A program made the translations under genes and the position numbers. DNA of 64,000 nt from Acanthaster planci (taxonomy: Eukaryota): the NCBI RefSeq assembly GCF_001949145.1, contig NW_019091360.1:2974864-3038863 (forward strand), in the 5' to 3' direction. This document shows positions 23,201-36,246 of this stretch, piece after piece; the stretch's first letter is position 1, and each line of letters starts with the position of its first letter. The notes below the pieces were generated by a model that saw nothing but the letters and a program-made list of their open reading frames with translations, was not told where the DNA came from and did no database searches.

Positions 23201-26200
23201 TCATGGAAACCTCCTCTATGACAGTACCTCATTTTATTCTTGGCGTCTTCAAAGCTCTCTGCTATGAAGTAAACTGGCTGGAAACCCTCCACGGGGTACT
23301 TTTGCACCGCCATCTTAGCCGGGTCGAAGGGTTTGAGTTCGGGCTTGTCAGTCAGACAGTACTGGCAGACAGGGTTGGTTAATGTTCAAAAAGTAGTGAA
23401 AATAAACAGGAATGCCAAACTGTAGCCTAACAGGGTTGTTGTCGTCCCATTCCTTGCATTTGGATCTTTTTTGGCCGATATGATGAGAAAGAATAAGGAA
23501 GCAATATGTTGGTTGTCACTTCATTAAGAGTCATCACTCTTACAGTCCGTCCGTGGTGCTGTTTATCAAGCTGTCTGTTACCTATCTGTCATATGTTTGA
23601 TACACTGTAAAAACTCGGGTGTTAAAATCAACACTTTTGGGTGTTATCAGATGACCACACCATAGGGTGTTGCTTTAACACTGATGATGTTACTTTGCAC
23701 ACCTATAAGTGTTACAGTGCACTAGAAGGTGTTACAAGTAACACCAAAATTTCAACACTAGTGAAAAGTGTTGGTGTAGCCTTCTGAAAAACCGTGGGTG
23801 TTACATTTAACACCCCAGTTTTTGTAGTGTAGTCTTTCACATCCGTTCTAGTTGAAATTAAGACTTGTATAAACCAACTAAACAACTTTTGTTTGTTTAT
23901 GTGCTGTTCACCAAATGTCGAAGGATACACATTAGCACGGCAGAAAAATGGCCCTATAGAGCCACCAATGTGGTCAATCCAGGATTTCTCTCCTGGAGAG
24001 ACCTGTGTATGTTCTTTTAGTCTTACCTGCAGTTCCCCGAAGGAGGACAGCAGCCCAGCACCGTATGCTTTGCGTTGACCATTCTGAATACACATCCCGA
24101 ACTCCACAATGAACCAGTAGCACTGACCATGCGTGTGGGGGGGGGTTGGTAATAATCCAAGAAGATTTTTAAGCTTACTAATTCCCTAGTATTGCATACA
24201 TACAACGATTTCTATAGATAACCAATATTGGCAGAAACTATTATTTTATTAATAATTTTGTTAACTGGTACACTCTAATACCTGATGCTTTCCCGACAAA
24301 CGTTCATCCCGAGTCAAGGACATCAGGAGTTCCTTACAGAGCACTTTTGAAAAGGTCAACTAATGATAACTTACTGTTGACAGCTTTTCTAAGTATTCGT
24401 CAGGTGCACCAAGAGAAGCTAAACCAATATCCTGAGAGTAAAGGAGAAACAAGTCAAGAAACAGTATAGTATCAACCAACAAGGCTTGCCAGGCAAGTGT
24501 TTATCTCCAACCGTCCCGAGCATTAAAGCCAGTGATAACTTTTCTACACAAACCCATTAATCGCATGATATCTCCTGGCATATAGTGGTAACCATTGCAT
24601 TTTTAAATGGAAATATGCACATAACACTAATAAAAAAAACCTAGCTTACTCACACACCAACTGGATTGGAACATTGGACCCTCTGCTCACAAGTAACAAC
24701 CACACTCATTTAAACCTTCTGAGGGCGGGTTCAGACCCAACGCGGAGGGGGCGAATTCGATTTTTTGACGGACAACAAATTTGCAATTTTTATGACCTCT
24801 GTCAAAGGTAAGTGAAACACCTTCTGCTTGGTTCCTTTGACATGGCCGCGCTGCCCCCATCTATCAATGTGCAAAGTGGGCACTTAATTATTCTGAATCA
24901 AATGCTTTTTTCTGTTTTCGAGAATCATTTTTTCACTTGCGAGTTGGAAACGAACAAAAGCGAGAATTATACGCAAAAAGAAATCGCATCCTGAAATCTT
25001 ACCTGCGAGAACTGGGCAAAGTTGGGATCTGCAAACATGGGCACGTGTCCAATCAGCTCGTGGCAAATGTCACTGGTGATAACAAGAGATAATGTCAGTC
25101 CGTTCGGTATTCCAAGAGTGGAGTCCCCACATGAAGTGCGCCCGAGGTTCGTTCCGGTGCCACGGTCTGCGTGTGTGCATCAGTGTGGACATACGCCGAC
25201 CTGCTTGAACCTCCAATGACCATGCCTTTTGAAATTTACCTATCTGGCTCATTATCCATCAATCTGTGACAAGTTTAGGAAGTCAATTTTTTAATTTTCT
25301 CATTTTCAAATATCTGCCGGTATCGTAACTGTATTCTTCAGAGAATAAGTATTTGTTCAAGTGGTTATTGTTTTATCATTGAAGAGGTGCCATTCCCCTC
25401 AACAAAAATTTCTCCATTGTTTTGTTGAACGTCACAGCTATTCCCCTCGAACGTTGCAGCTTTTTTATCGAAAAGGTTAGTGTCGATGTAGACTCACGGC
25501 TCTGGTGTGTACCAAGGGTTGGATCCGTGCCTGATGTACTGGCTACAGTGGAACACACGGAACGCCAAGGCAGCAAGGAAATCCCTTGAGGAAATCAATC
25601 CAGCCGATGGGCGGAGGGTGAATCCAGTGCGATCTGGCCATTGAGGGGAAATTTGACCAAAAAAATCAACTAACAAAACACATATAGTCACTTCGCTGAT
25701 TTTTTTCAAAATGCATTCTTGCTACGGCGTGGGCAAACTCGAAATTGCTACAAAACATCACCCCAGGCAACAATCTGCTTGCTGGCTGTCAAAAAGCTGT
25801 TAGATTAGTGTCTTTAATGAATCCCTCTGCTCTGTACAGATGCTGAGGGTGAGCATGTGCTTTACCTTTGAGGAAGTTTGAGACATCTTCAAGTTGTGGA
25901 ATGTTGTCCTCTCGGTAGCCACAGTTCTCCACCAGGAGAGGGAACATGTGGTTGAATTCCCGGCAGGCGTGGGTGGGGAACAGCTCGGTCACCTTGCCAA
26001 ACACGGTGCCCCAGGTCTTGATCTCGTTGATCGTGTAGGTGACGCGGGGAATCGGGGTCCCACTGGAAAAGGCAATAAGACAAACGATTTGCATATGAAC
26101 ATTCACTTTTGTTTGGAGAAAGAATTAGGTTAATATCTAATGTTGGACAGTGATATTAACTCCAAGGTACTCACTATTTGTAGTTGAAAGCAATGTCAGC

Positions 26201-29200
26201 GAATTCTTTGCGCCTGGCGTGGTACGCAAGATCAGCGAAGCCCTGTTGAAGCAATATGGGTAACAAGTTAATAGACCTATACTAAACAAATTCGGCTGTC
26301 TTCCTTTTTCAAAATCACCAGAATTTACATAATTTCATAACAATGGAAATCAAACAAAAATTAGTGTCATAATAGTTTCAAAGATCACACACACAGGTCT
26401 GTAAATTTTAAACCAAATTTATCTAAACCGAAAATTATGTTCACAGTGGGCATTAGTCCGAAATTTGCGTACTTGCTTATTTTCCTGTTATTCTGATGAG
26501 ATAGATTAGTGAACAAAATAGCTGCAAATATAGGCCACGTTCACTGAAAACTTTTCAAAGCAACGAACACAATGTTTGCTACAAGATAAGGTAAGAGCTT
26601 TAATATTGTTAATGGCTAATGCATTTAATAGATTGCAAATAAATCAATTTGCTGAAGCTACTGATAACAGAAGAGCTTGATTTAATGTCAGACGAAAGCA
26701 ATCACACTACAGACCGTGTACCAAGTGTTCCCGAAATCGTGTGTTTTAGTCAGGTGGCGCTGATTTCTATGTGCAACGGTTATCGACAGAGATATTACTC
26801 CAGTCCAAAAAGAGGATCATGAGATTTTTAGGTGTTGCCTGGTGGTCACAGAGAGGCAGACGAGTCAAAGCCGACTATTTTTCCCAGCAATATGCGCGCA
26901 CAACGCCGGCCGAAACACCAGAGGGCACATGAAAAGTAGGAAAGTAGCGTGAAAGTAGGTCACACAGTGAGCTTCTGGAACCCTCGCGCAGCCCGTCTAT
27001 GGGGCGTTTATTTGGGACTGCCCATCACGTTCTACAATGTCTGGAAAAATGTTTTCCAATTAAACCATCCTAAGAAACACTTTTGTCGGAATTTTAGCTT
27101 TGAGTTCAAGAAATATTGTGAAAAAATTACCTGCAGATGTGTAAGAAACGAATTTCATTAGGTCTAACGATCTCCCAACGCCGGCACTATTGTTGCTGGG
27201 TCTAAGTGTTAAACCGTTTGCTATCACGTCATGCACTTACATGAGAACAAGAACGTATGACTTCGTGAAGATTTACCTCCCTACAGTCGATGGGTTCTAA
27301 ATTCAGTCGGGCTGACCTGGTGGAGTTCTTGTCAAAAAAGTTTAGATAACACTTCAGAATTTATCCAATGTAGATCATCCCTTCAAATTCATTTCCTTCA
27401 AACTCTGCTAAAACTAACTTTGTTCTCCTGTTTATTTCAATCGTTATACCTTACGGCTATCAGGAAATAATATCTTAACTTTTCTGTTGCGTACGAACAC
27501 CTTGAGTTGCACTGGTCGTTATGTATTTTTTAGAGTTTCGGAAGTGAGAGGTCAGTTTTGGCGTCAAACGTTTCTTTTAGCTTCAATAAATTAATATATT
27601 AGTTAAACTTTTACACAGACAGTTTATGGAGTCGATTTTTTAAGTAAATGAATGAAAAATAAATGCAAAATTCATGCACATTATCTGTCCAGTTCAAGGG
27701 TTTCGGTAACGCGCCATCAGGGTCAACTTGAGGCTCTATTCTCATTATAAAATACCAAGAGTCGATCGTATGAGGGCGTGCTCTGCATCCTGTGCGTTGA
27801 GCTCACAGACATAATTATAAACTCATAGACTGCCACACCGCATTCCAAAACTGTACATGAACATTTCGTGATATGCACCGCGCCCAATTAAACTCAAAAC
27901 AATCAAATTCACCCCTCAGTATGGATAATTTACGCAAAGGTGAAGAATTCCATCCTGGAAATTCTATAAAACCATTTTTCAACTCCTTTATAGTCCTCTA
28001 TAGTCCACATGGATTCAAAATAATGCGGTTGGCAACATTTTGAAACAAGGTGCAGTGCAGTATCGAACAAAAAGCGAACATATTTTGAGAGCACAATGTA
28101 AACAAATACAAGTGTATCAGGAATAGCATACAAAGCTATCTTGACAGCCTTCACTTTCAAAAATCAGCGTTGCAGATCGGCCATAACTCATCCAATTTCG
28201 AGGTGTCCCAAACGACAGGAGTATGGTATATGGGTCTTTCACTAAGGGGTGCTTCCCTTCAACTCGAATGAGTGTGCATTCGGCATGAGCTCTGGGGTTA
28301 GGTGCTCTTATTGGGGATACGTTCTGCCAGGCAGAAGGACTCCGCATCCGCCTTGAGCAGAAGCACTCCCTCATCGGTTGAAAAGAGCCATGTTGTCGGG
28401 CAGTGCTCATTTTGTTGGTAGCGACGCTGCTGTAAAGTTTGTATGTCATACTCGTTTGTGAACCAGCGAAGTGCAGGTTCCAGCAAAGGAACTAGACTGC
28501 ATGGTTCCGTTCCGTTCGTAGTCTCCGGACGTCTTACAGTCGTCCTCCTAACGTAGGGCCTGGTAGCGAGTAATGAATCCGGCAGAATTCTGCCGGGTGT
28601 AAGTAAATGAGGAAACGATGCGCGCTCAATGTACAAATCCTCAAGCAGGAGCTGATAGCATATTTTGCTTTTTTCCTCTTCGTTATCGAAAATAACCATA
28701 AATTATTCATTTATCTAGAATTTAGAACGATAACCACTGATTTGAAATAAAATGGTGTAAAATAATTTATTGATGATAATCATTGAAAAAATACAATACT
28801 ACACCGTGATCAAAAGAGGCTTAGCAAAGGACAGGTACTTGTGTTTTATTCACCTCTCTGCTTGAATGCGTTTCCAGTCAAAGGCTAACTGCTGTTGGCC
28901 CGACTAAAACTTGAATATTCAGCATCCAAATTGACAGGGCTAGCTACCGTCCCTATATTTTTTATAATAGGGACTGGGACCAGTCCACAAAGGACCCCCT
29001 TGCCTTTGCTAGGACAATTACGACCTCTTTTGCTCCAGCTCTGGGCTCATGATTTAATCAGCAAAACCGTTAGTTTGTACCTGAGAGTACACAAGATGCT
29101 CTGTTGTCTTACCGTTCATGGACCCCTTGGAAATCAAGTTTGGGCTCTCCATTGGAGTCCCCCAAACCAGCATTGTATCTTGACTGTTATGAGTCGTCCA

Positions 29201-32200
29201 AAGAGCATCTTTGGGACCTCATTTACGCTAGGAAGGGGTTTGGCCGTCGCATTACTGGCTTTACAGCGCAGTGAACCTACGATACGACTTCGTTAGCTTC
29301 TTTCTGTCGAATTTGCATAAATCAAACCGGCCAGCATCCTCTCAGGTGAAGCAGGAACAAGGAAGAAGTGCCAGGGATTAGTTTCTTCCACCTGCATACC
29401 CCATTCAATCCTAATTACTTAACCACGAGACGCCGACTCAACATATTTTAATGTAGAGGCATTATGCTACAAAGAATCTTCATTTCTTGTAGTTTGTTGT
29501 TTGTTTGTTTGTTTGTTTTTCTTTTGTTTTATAATTAACTCACTGGATAGTCCGCCTCGAAATCTGCTCCATATCCCACGATGCTCCGGGCAAGCGTATC
29601 CGTATCCTTGATCTTTCTCGGGAACCACGGGACTGGAAGGCGAGGTAAGCCGTCAGAAACAACCAAATCACGGGTCAAATCTACTAATGTGCTTTCTCCA
29701 AATTCCCTTTAATTTGCAGTTACTTACGCTGGGTGGGCCTAAAAAGGGTTCTACTCGTCTATAGCACACTCGTACCTCTGCAACGAAGGTTGTCTATAGG
29801 TTTATTGATAGATGGGAAATGAAACTGTAATCTTGTATTCCTCTCACTGAATGGTTGGAGTTATGCAATTTGCCCTTTCAGTTAACATGTGATACTTAAT
29901 TGGGATGGTTTCAATATAGACTTACTTACAGAATCTTGGCTGTAAATTCTTATTTGTTTAAAATTGGTAAAAGAGATAACAACTTGTGTTCTCTTTTGTA
30001 AAGCTGAGAGTGAAACCTTGATGCATCACTTTTGTACTTGTAAGTTTTCCACCTCTTTTTGGAATCAGATCGGAGATTGGCTTAAAAATACCCTGAACAC
30101 TGATATTTTTTGGATAACAAAACTACCCTTTTCGCAATTTATGATGATTCCAGAAATGTACTCAATTTAATTATCTTGCTTTGCCGTTTCCACATTCATA
30201 AGGTGAAAATGGTTTTGTGCACGATTAAACTCTTCTTCAGCGTATGAAAAGTGTTTGAAATCTTTTTGAAGTTTAGTGAACAGTAAAGTACACTTGCAAA
30301 ATAGAAGGTTTTCCAGGCACGCTGGGCCGCTGTCAGAGTGATGCAAATCCAGGAAGACACGGTTCAGTTGCATATGTTTAATATCAAGTTTTGAATCCAA
30401 ACTTGCCCTTGGAAATCATTTAAGAGAAAAGATGCTCGCTCGCTTATTGACATATACGAAAACTTGCTTGGAAATCTTCAATAGCGATGTATGAAAATCT
30501 AACAATTTTTTGCGCACAAATCAATGCAACATTGAGAGTTGGTGTTAGAACCACCAAAAGTACCATTACATGGTACTTTTGCGTATGGATATGCAAATTC
30601 ATATTAGCATAAAAATCACAAAGGCCACAAAATACAGGGGAAAAAAAGCAAAACAAAACTTCAATTTCATGGATTAATTTCAGTAATCTTTATCAACTTA
30701 ACATAATTTCTTCAACTCAGACCGACCCCTTCACTCATACTTGTGGGTATCATAGTTATTATCCTAACTTACTTACTTAGTAACTTACTTGTTTTTTTCT
30801 CTGAGGGAGGCGAAAGCACTTGGACATACTTTGCCTTCTCTTTCAGCTTATCCAGGACAGTGTCCAACTTGTCCGCCTTCTCTTCGCAGACTATCAGGAA
30901 TTCGTAGTCTCCTTTGTCTCGCTTGGACAGGCGAGACTCAATCAGCGACAAGTTAATGCCATACTCCTACAAGAAAATATGTGAACTTTGCAAATGTAGT
31001 ATGTTCTGAGCCAATATGGCTAAGAGGTCAAAGTAGAAGGGAGCACCGGTATTTCTCACAAGACTGGGTGGGATTCGCGACATGGCCCAAGTTTCAATGC
31101 GTTATGACAATATCCAAGCTTAATTTGATTTTTTTTTTAGTTTAAACATGGTACGTACCTCGAATATCATGAGAGTGCGAGCAAGAATTCCTACTTTGTC
31201 TTTCAACCCAATTACGAGAGCTGTGTGGCCATTCTCCACCGTCAGTTCTGAATTACCATTCTGCAGATGATCCTATGAATCAGATCCAAATTGACAGGAT
31301 GAAAATGACAGGGATATTAAAGGTTCGATATTTGAACACTATTGAGGACGTCGGGCAACTGAGTGCAAGGAGCTCAGACAGTTGCTTTCAACCAGACTCG
31401 ACGGTGCCCAAAGCATGCTTGACGACGCCCATGGTTGACGAATTAAGAATCTGAATGTTAATGTCTTTTGGGGTATGTGCGAATACCAATGGTACTATCG
31501 TGGATCGTGCGTTCTTGGAGCTTTTTTTTTTTTGGAGCTGGATAAGCCTGACATAGTTTGATTACGAATCCGCCCACTCAGAAACGTAATGTTAGAAAAA
31601 AAAGAAAAATCTTAGCATTTTTTTTATAACCAGCACGATTTTTCGTGGTTTTTTTTTAAATTCCCAACGCAGCGTTTTGAGTCAGTTTGAAAAAAAGTCA
31701 AAGTTATTTTCCCTTCATTGTACCAAAAGCACTTAGGCCTGTATACGTCTTTTAAATATAGTGTAAGTTAGGTGTGTAAGTGCATTTTTCCCGCCCTCCT
31801 AACTCACGATATTTCATACTATATTTGTAATCTAATAGAATAAAGAACTCTCGGCCATAGAGAAAAATTTTGAGAACAAAATCCCCATTCGTCCCTCCCG
31901 AGCCCTCACCCAAAACATGGATGACGGGCTTGGATAAGTTGGTTGGTAGGAATGGCGCACGTGCACCTGAAGGTCGTGAACCGCGCGAATGTAGCATGCG
32001 CAGAAAACTGCCATGGCACACGGACTTCATTTGTAATGCCTTAAATTAAACGCAGAGGTCATTGAAGCCACTTGTGGCCATCTTACCGCGCAAAATACAA
32101 ATGTAAAACAAAGGCTTTGCTTGCCGTTCGGATCATGGCATCAGTTGTTACAATGGCAAGCGAGCCAATTCACCATCACCTTGTATTCGGCACCATAAAA

Positions 32201-33696
32201 TGGCCGCCTGTGGCTTCAATTGGTACAATGGCAAGCGAGCCAATTCACCATCACCTTGTATTCGGCACCATAAAATGGCCACCTGTGGCTTCAATTGGTA
32301 CAAGGGCATTGCGAGTATAGCTGATCTTTTATGTGGCGTCCGTGCCCTTTAAACCACGTTCCCCATATCGCACATACTGCAGTGTAGGGGGCCTACTAGA
32401 AATATAACTGGTAAATTAATTTTATGCTGTTAAGAAACAGTGACTGCACGTATGACCAGCCATAGAGGTCATACTTTTCAAAACTGAATACTGTTCATTG
32501 CCTGCAGTTTGCCATTGAATTAGGACTCTGCCTTTACAAAACCATTTTATATACCCGTTTTTACCAATGTGAGGCACAGACCTTGCTCCAAGCTGGATCA
32601 TTTACGCCTTTAATACCGGCCTCACGCATAACTCGGCGAACAGCCTGTAGCAATCTGTCCCATAAACAAGCGAAGCGTGGCTGCGTATTTATATGGCACT
32701 GAGTTCAGAAAATTTACTGGAGGCCGTATATTTGGGGTGGTGGGGCTCCGGGGAAGCTGCATGGAGGGGACGTTAGGTTGGCCAGAGGGGTGATAGATGG
32801 TGACTGAGCTCATAGTATGGTCTGAGCTAATAGTATGGTCTGACTGGTTCAAGAGGTGCGTTTAAAATATGGGCGATTCACAATAATACGCCTCCAAGAG
32901 TTTGCAGTGCTTTGGCCAATCAAAACGTGCGAAATCTGTCGACCCAATGCGGCTTTGGAAAGGGTCGACATATTTTGCGCATTGTGATTGGCCAACGCGT
33001 TGCAAACTCTCGAAGGCGCACTACTGTGAATCGCCCGTTTTGGGGAGCAATCTTTCCTGTAAGAGTTGAAACGACTTTTTCATAGATGTGACCTGTAGAT
33101 ATGGGCAAAACCTGCTGGTGGGATCCGCAGCAAATATTTCAATAATTCATCGGCTTACAGGGAATGTGCGCCCGGCAACGATGACTGCTTCAAATTTTTG
33201 TATCAAAATCTACAGCCTAGGGCCTACAGTGTATTTTCCATACAAGTAATCTTTTTTGACATGCTGGAGCGAACTATATCAACTTGAGTGGGCTAAACCT
33301 CGTGCAAGGAGAAATGTCAGGTTGAAACTTGCATGACAGGAGAAAACGGTGGTACTAGATTAATAAAAATCTCCGTAACGGCACAAAAAACTGGGCAGCC
33401 TGAGATAAGAGCGAAAATGGTGCACTCAAGAAGCAGGAGAGCGGGTATAGGGGTGTGGTCGTGCTGTATTACCATGTGCTGAATTAACAAATTCAACAAA
33501 GTGGCACAAGTCATGAAAGCTAAGAATAACAAGAAGACAGTACCAACAAGAGAGCCCATGGGATGAGTACATCTTGTAATAGTATGAGCCAAGGCAATGG
33601 GGAAGAGGCATCTACTAAATCTCAACTTACCGTGCTGGATCTCAACAATCTGCTAGATTGAAACCCTCGTTTCTTGTCAGCCGAGCCGCAGTCCAT
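20283..33696 (-). CDS. PAH: Phenylalanine-4-hydroxylase-like gene (copy A), 13 exons, 454 aa
   Basis: Exons: 33631-33696 ([22 protein letters not shown]), 31159-31272 (...[16 protein letters not shown]), 30789-30966 ([14 protein letters not shown]...), 29544-29632 ([11 protein letters not shown]...[10 protein letters not shown]), 26175-26242 ([23 protein letters not shown]), 25866-26062, 25498-25633 ([18 protein letters not shown]...YTPEP), 25003-25072 ([13 protein letters not shown]), 24375-24431, 24027-24122 (CYWFIVEFG...[12 protein letters not shown]), 23228-23361 (...KYPVEGFQP...), 22023-22138, 20283-20326 ([14 protein letters not shown]). All introns are GT-AG and the 1365 nt frame is open. 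It has the ACT domain, catalytic domain and C-terminal helix, with PAH-type W326 and V379. Confidence 0.93.
20826..20954. mobile_element. Short inverted-repeat element (MITE-like) in intron 12 of copy A
   Basis: GGCTGCGTCCGAA...CTAGAGCTAGGTCTA / TAGACCTAG...TAGCTCTGG...TTCGGACACGGCC. Confidence 0.5.
23603..23829. mobile_element. MITE with CACTGTAAAAA terminal inverted repeats and TA target duplication (intron 10 of copy A)
   Basis: TA|CACTGTAAAAACTCGGGTGTTAAA...TTTAACACCCCAGTTTTTGTAGTG|TA, with internal GGTGTT/AACAC motifs. Confidence 0.75.
28348..28490 (+). repeat. Dispersed repeat family 2 (intron 4 of copy A)
   Basis: Family 2 core sequence. Confidence 0.7.
29830..30190 (+). mobile_element. 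Non-LTR retrotransposon (LINE) 3' fragment with RT-associated zinc-binding region, in intron 3 of copy A
   Basis: Remnant reads W-F-Q-Y-R-L-..-RIL..N..LFK followed by [20 protein letters not shown]. It is broken by stops and frameshifts. Confidence 0.65.
32149..32303. repeat. 75-bp near-perfect tandem duplication (intron 1 of copy A)
   Basis: TACAATGGCAAGCGAGCCAATTCACC...GTGGCTTCAATTGG occurs twice, starting at 32149 and 32224, with one mismatch. Confidence 0.9.
32868..33038. mobile_element. Palindromic MITE family 1, copy 3 (intron 1 of copy A)
   Basis: GGGCGATTCACAATA...AGTG/TGTGAATCGCCC terminal inverted repeats with the same internal arms. Confidence 0.75.
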
Positions 33697-34786
33697 TTCT
33701 ACTTAAAGGTTTCGCCGAAACCCTCACGAGGACGTGTGAGGGACACAGACGATAAAACGAGATAGTTTTAACTCACCAGGCAAATAAAAGAGGCTAGAAT
33801 ACCTGTCATGGAATGGTTGAATTGCACGGTTATTTTTTACAGAGCCTCAGTGGGTTAGTACAAGCCAACAATCGAGCTCTTCTGCTCACATATCCGTGCA
33901 ACTGACAATGGTCTCTATAGCGGCATTCTTTTTACTCCAGTGTTCCGCACACGTTCTGGACGTAGCTCTAGGGAACGAGAACTGGCCACCGAGGTCGACT
34001 GATGGCCACCGCGTATGTCAGAAGGTTCGACTACATTGTATTTGTCGAGCACTTTTGTTAATTTAAGCTACTTCCTTTCATTATGTGTGTCTTCTTCAAA
34101 GAGTGCTTTTACCTCCAAAAGAAGTCCACAATCGTGCTCAGAGAGTTAGTTTTTCTATTTGGGGGAAATGCTCAAAATAAGCGTGCATAATTTTATGTAA
34201 GTCATGTATTGTTTTCAAAATGACGATGAGGCTTTAAACGATCACATTAATCATTCAAAAACGATCTTATGTTGTGGTTCAATGAAAAAACAACAAAACG
34301 ATGGATTGGAGGGATGGTAACAAAAAGCCTGAGTTGTGAGTGCAAATGGACTAGGTCGACTGCAGGGAGATGGCCAACGAAGGACATGACCCCCTCCCAA
34401 AACAAGGGAGCCATTTTAATGAAAGGCGAAATGTTGGTCCACTTTGTTTCCCTTCATTCAAAAGGCGGGTAAAAAGTCTCGAAACGTTGCCTTAACTAAA
34501 GAAAGGCCTGAAAGATTGAAAGAAAAACTTCAAAGTTTTGGTACTATTCCCCCCCCCCCCCGATTTGCCCTTCCCCGAAAATGTGGTTCTGAAGTTTCCT
34601 TGCGTTAGTTGACGAAGGGGTCAGGAGGAATCTGATTTCACGCCGATATCAGACTGATTTCACGCCGGTAGTTAGACTTTCGGTTCAGAGATACAAGTCA
34701 TCAAACTATTATTATTTTTTAAAACTTACTTTGAGTGAGACTCCCAAAGATGAGCACCGCCCTCATCACTGTTAAACATCAAGTTA

Positions 34787-34980
34787 TCCGCCTCAAGCAG
34801 AAGCATCCCCTAATCGTTTGAAAAGAGCCTCACTGGTTGCGAATGTTCAGTCTTGTTGGTAGCGATGCATTCGATGTGTTCACTTCCTAATCGTTCGCGA
34901 ACCAGCGACGTTCAGTTCCGACCAAATGAGCCTTCGTTGCTAAGAAAACAGCGCCCTCTCTTGGTCCAGCTCAAGGGCCC
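34787..34980 (+). repeat. Dispersed repeat family 2 (upstream of copy A)
   Basis: Family 2 core plus 3' part. Confidence 0.7.
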
Positions 34981-35986
34981 ATATTAGAGGTGCTATTGCT
35001 TTACCCGGCGACACACTAAATATAGCTGCAGACAACCCGGCATAGGGTGACAGGCTTGCTGCTGCTGGAAGTAGTGTACCAATCTCATCTGCATCAGTCG
35101 GAGACAGAGCCCAAAATTCAAACCCTGCGGGGAGGGGGAATGAAACTCCATTGAGTGTAATTATTTAGTTTCACTCCAATGGAGCAACTTCCATGCGTAG
35201 GCCACAATTCGCTATTTATATTAACCCGGGCATCACGCTGGGGAAACCAGACTTGAACAAAGGTTACAATCTTGGGTACAATCCTGGACAAAATTCTTAT
35301 CTCAATAGGAATTTAAGTCCGACATTTCAACAGGGGAGGCTTCCATGAGGCACGAAGACTGGTCTCCTCTAAAGAACCATTTTCCCGTAGGAAAGCACGT
35401 GGTGTGTCTCAAAACAGTTATGCTGATCAGTAGATAGCCGAAAAAGCAAAACCATGAGGGAAACTATCCTATACTATAATGTTGACGACGGCGAGACCAG
35501 AATATTTTGGATGTTTTCGGAAAATGGAGGAAGTCCTCCTTTTTGTTACGTGACAAAAGGTTAGTCAAATTTCTTATTATTATTTCTGATCTTTAATCAG
35601 GGTAGCCAGTTCACATTTTAGTGTGGTCTTCCACGGGGCCCTGGGAAAAAAGCTACGAGAGCAAAAATAGTAACAAAGGTGACATTTACAAATTGTTAAA
35701 GGAACAGATATTCACAACAATAAATAATATAGTTTTAAAATAACAAGAGTATATAAATCTGAAATTTTAACAATATGTGTGGTCTAGGAACCAGACTACG
35801 AGTCTCATCCAATAGAATTTTGAAAGGGGATTATAATTAATTGTCCAACAAAAATTTTACCGGCAGTGATCACCAAAACTATCCCTACAGTGCTATTAAT
35901 TGGCCTGAAGCCTCAAAGGAGGATATACCCCGATTCATACATGTGTGCGTGAATCTACATATGGAATGACATCGAAAAAAAAAGGA

Positions 35987-36246
35987 NNNNNNNNNNNNNN
36001 NNNNNNNNNNNNNNNNNNNNNNNNNNNNNNNNNNNNNNNNNNNNNNNNNNNNNNNNNNNNNNNNNNNNNNNNNNNNNNNNNNNNNNNNNNNNNNNNNNNN
36101 NNNNNNNNNNNNNNNNNNNNNNNNNNNNNNNNNNNNNNNNNNNNNNNNNNNNNNNNNNNNNNNNNNNNNNNNNNNNNNNNNNNNNNNNNNNNNNNNNNNN
36201 NNNNNNNNNNNNNNNNNNNNNNNNNNNNNNNNNNNNNNNNNNNNNN
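35987..36246. other. Assembly gap
   Basis: Run of N between copies A and B. Confidence 1.
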
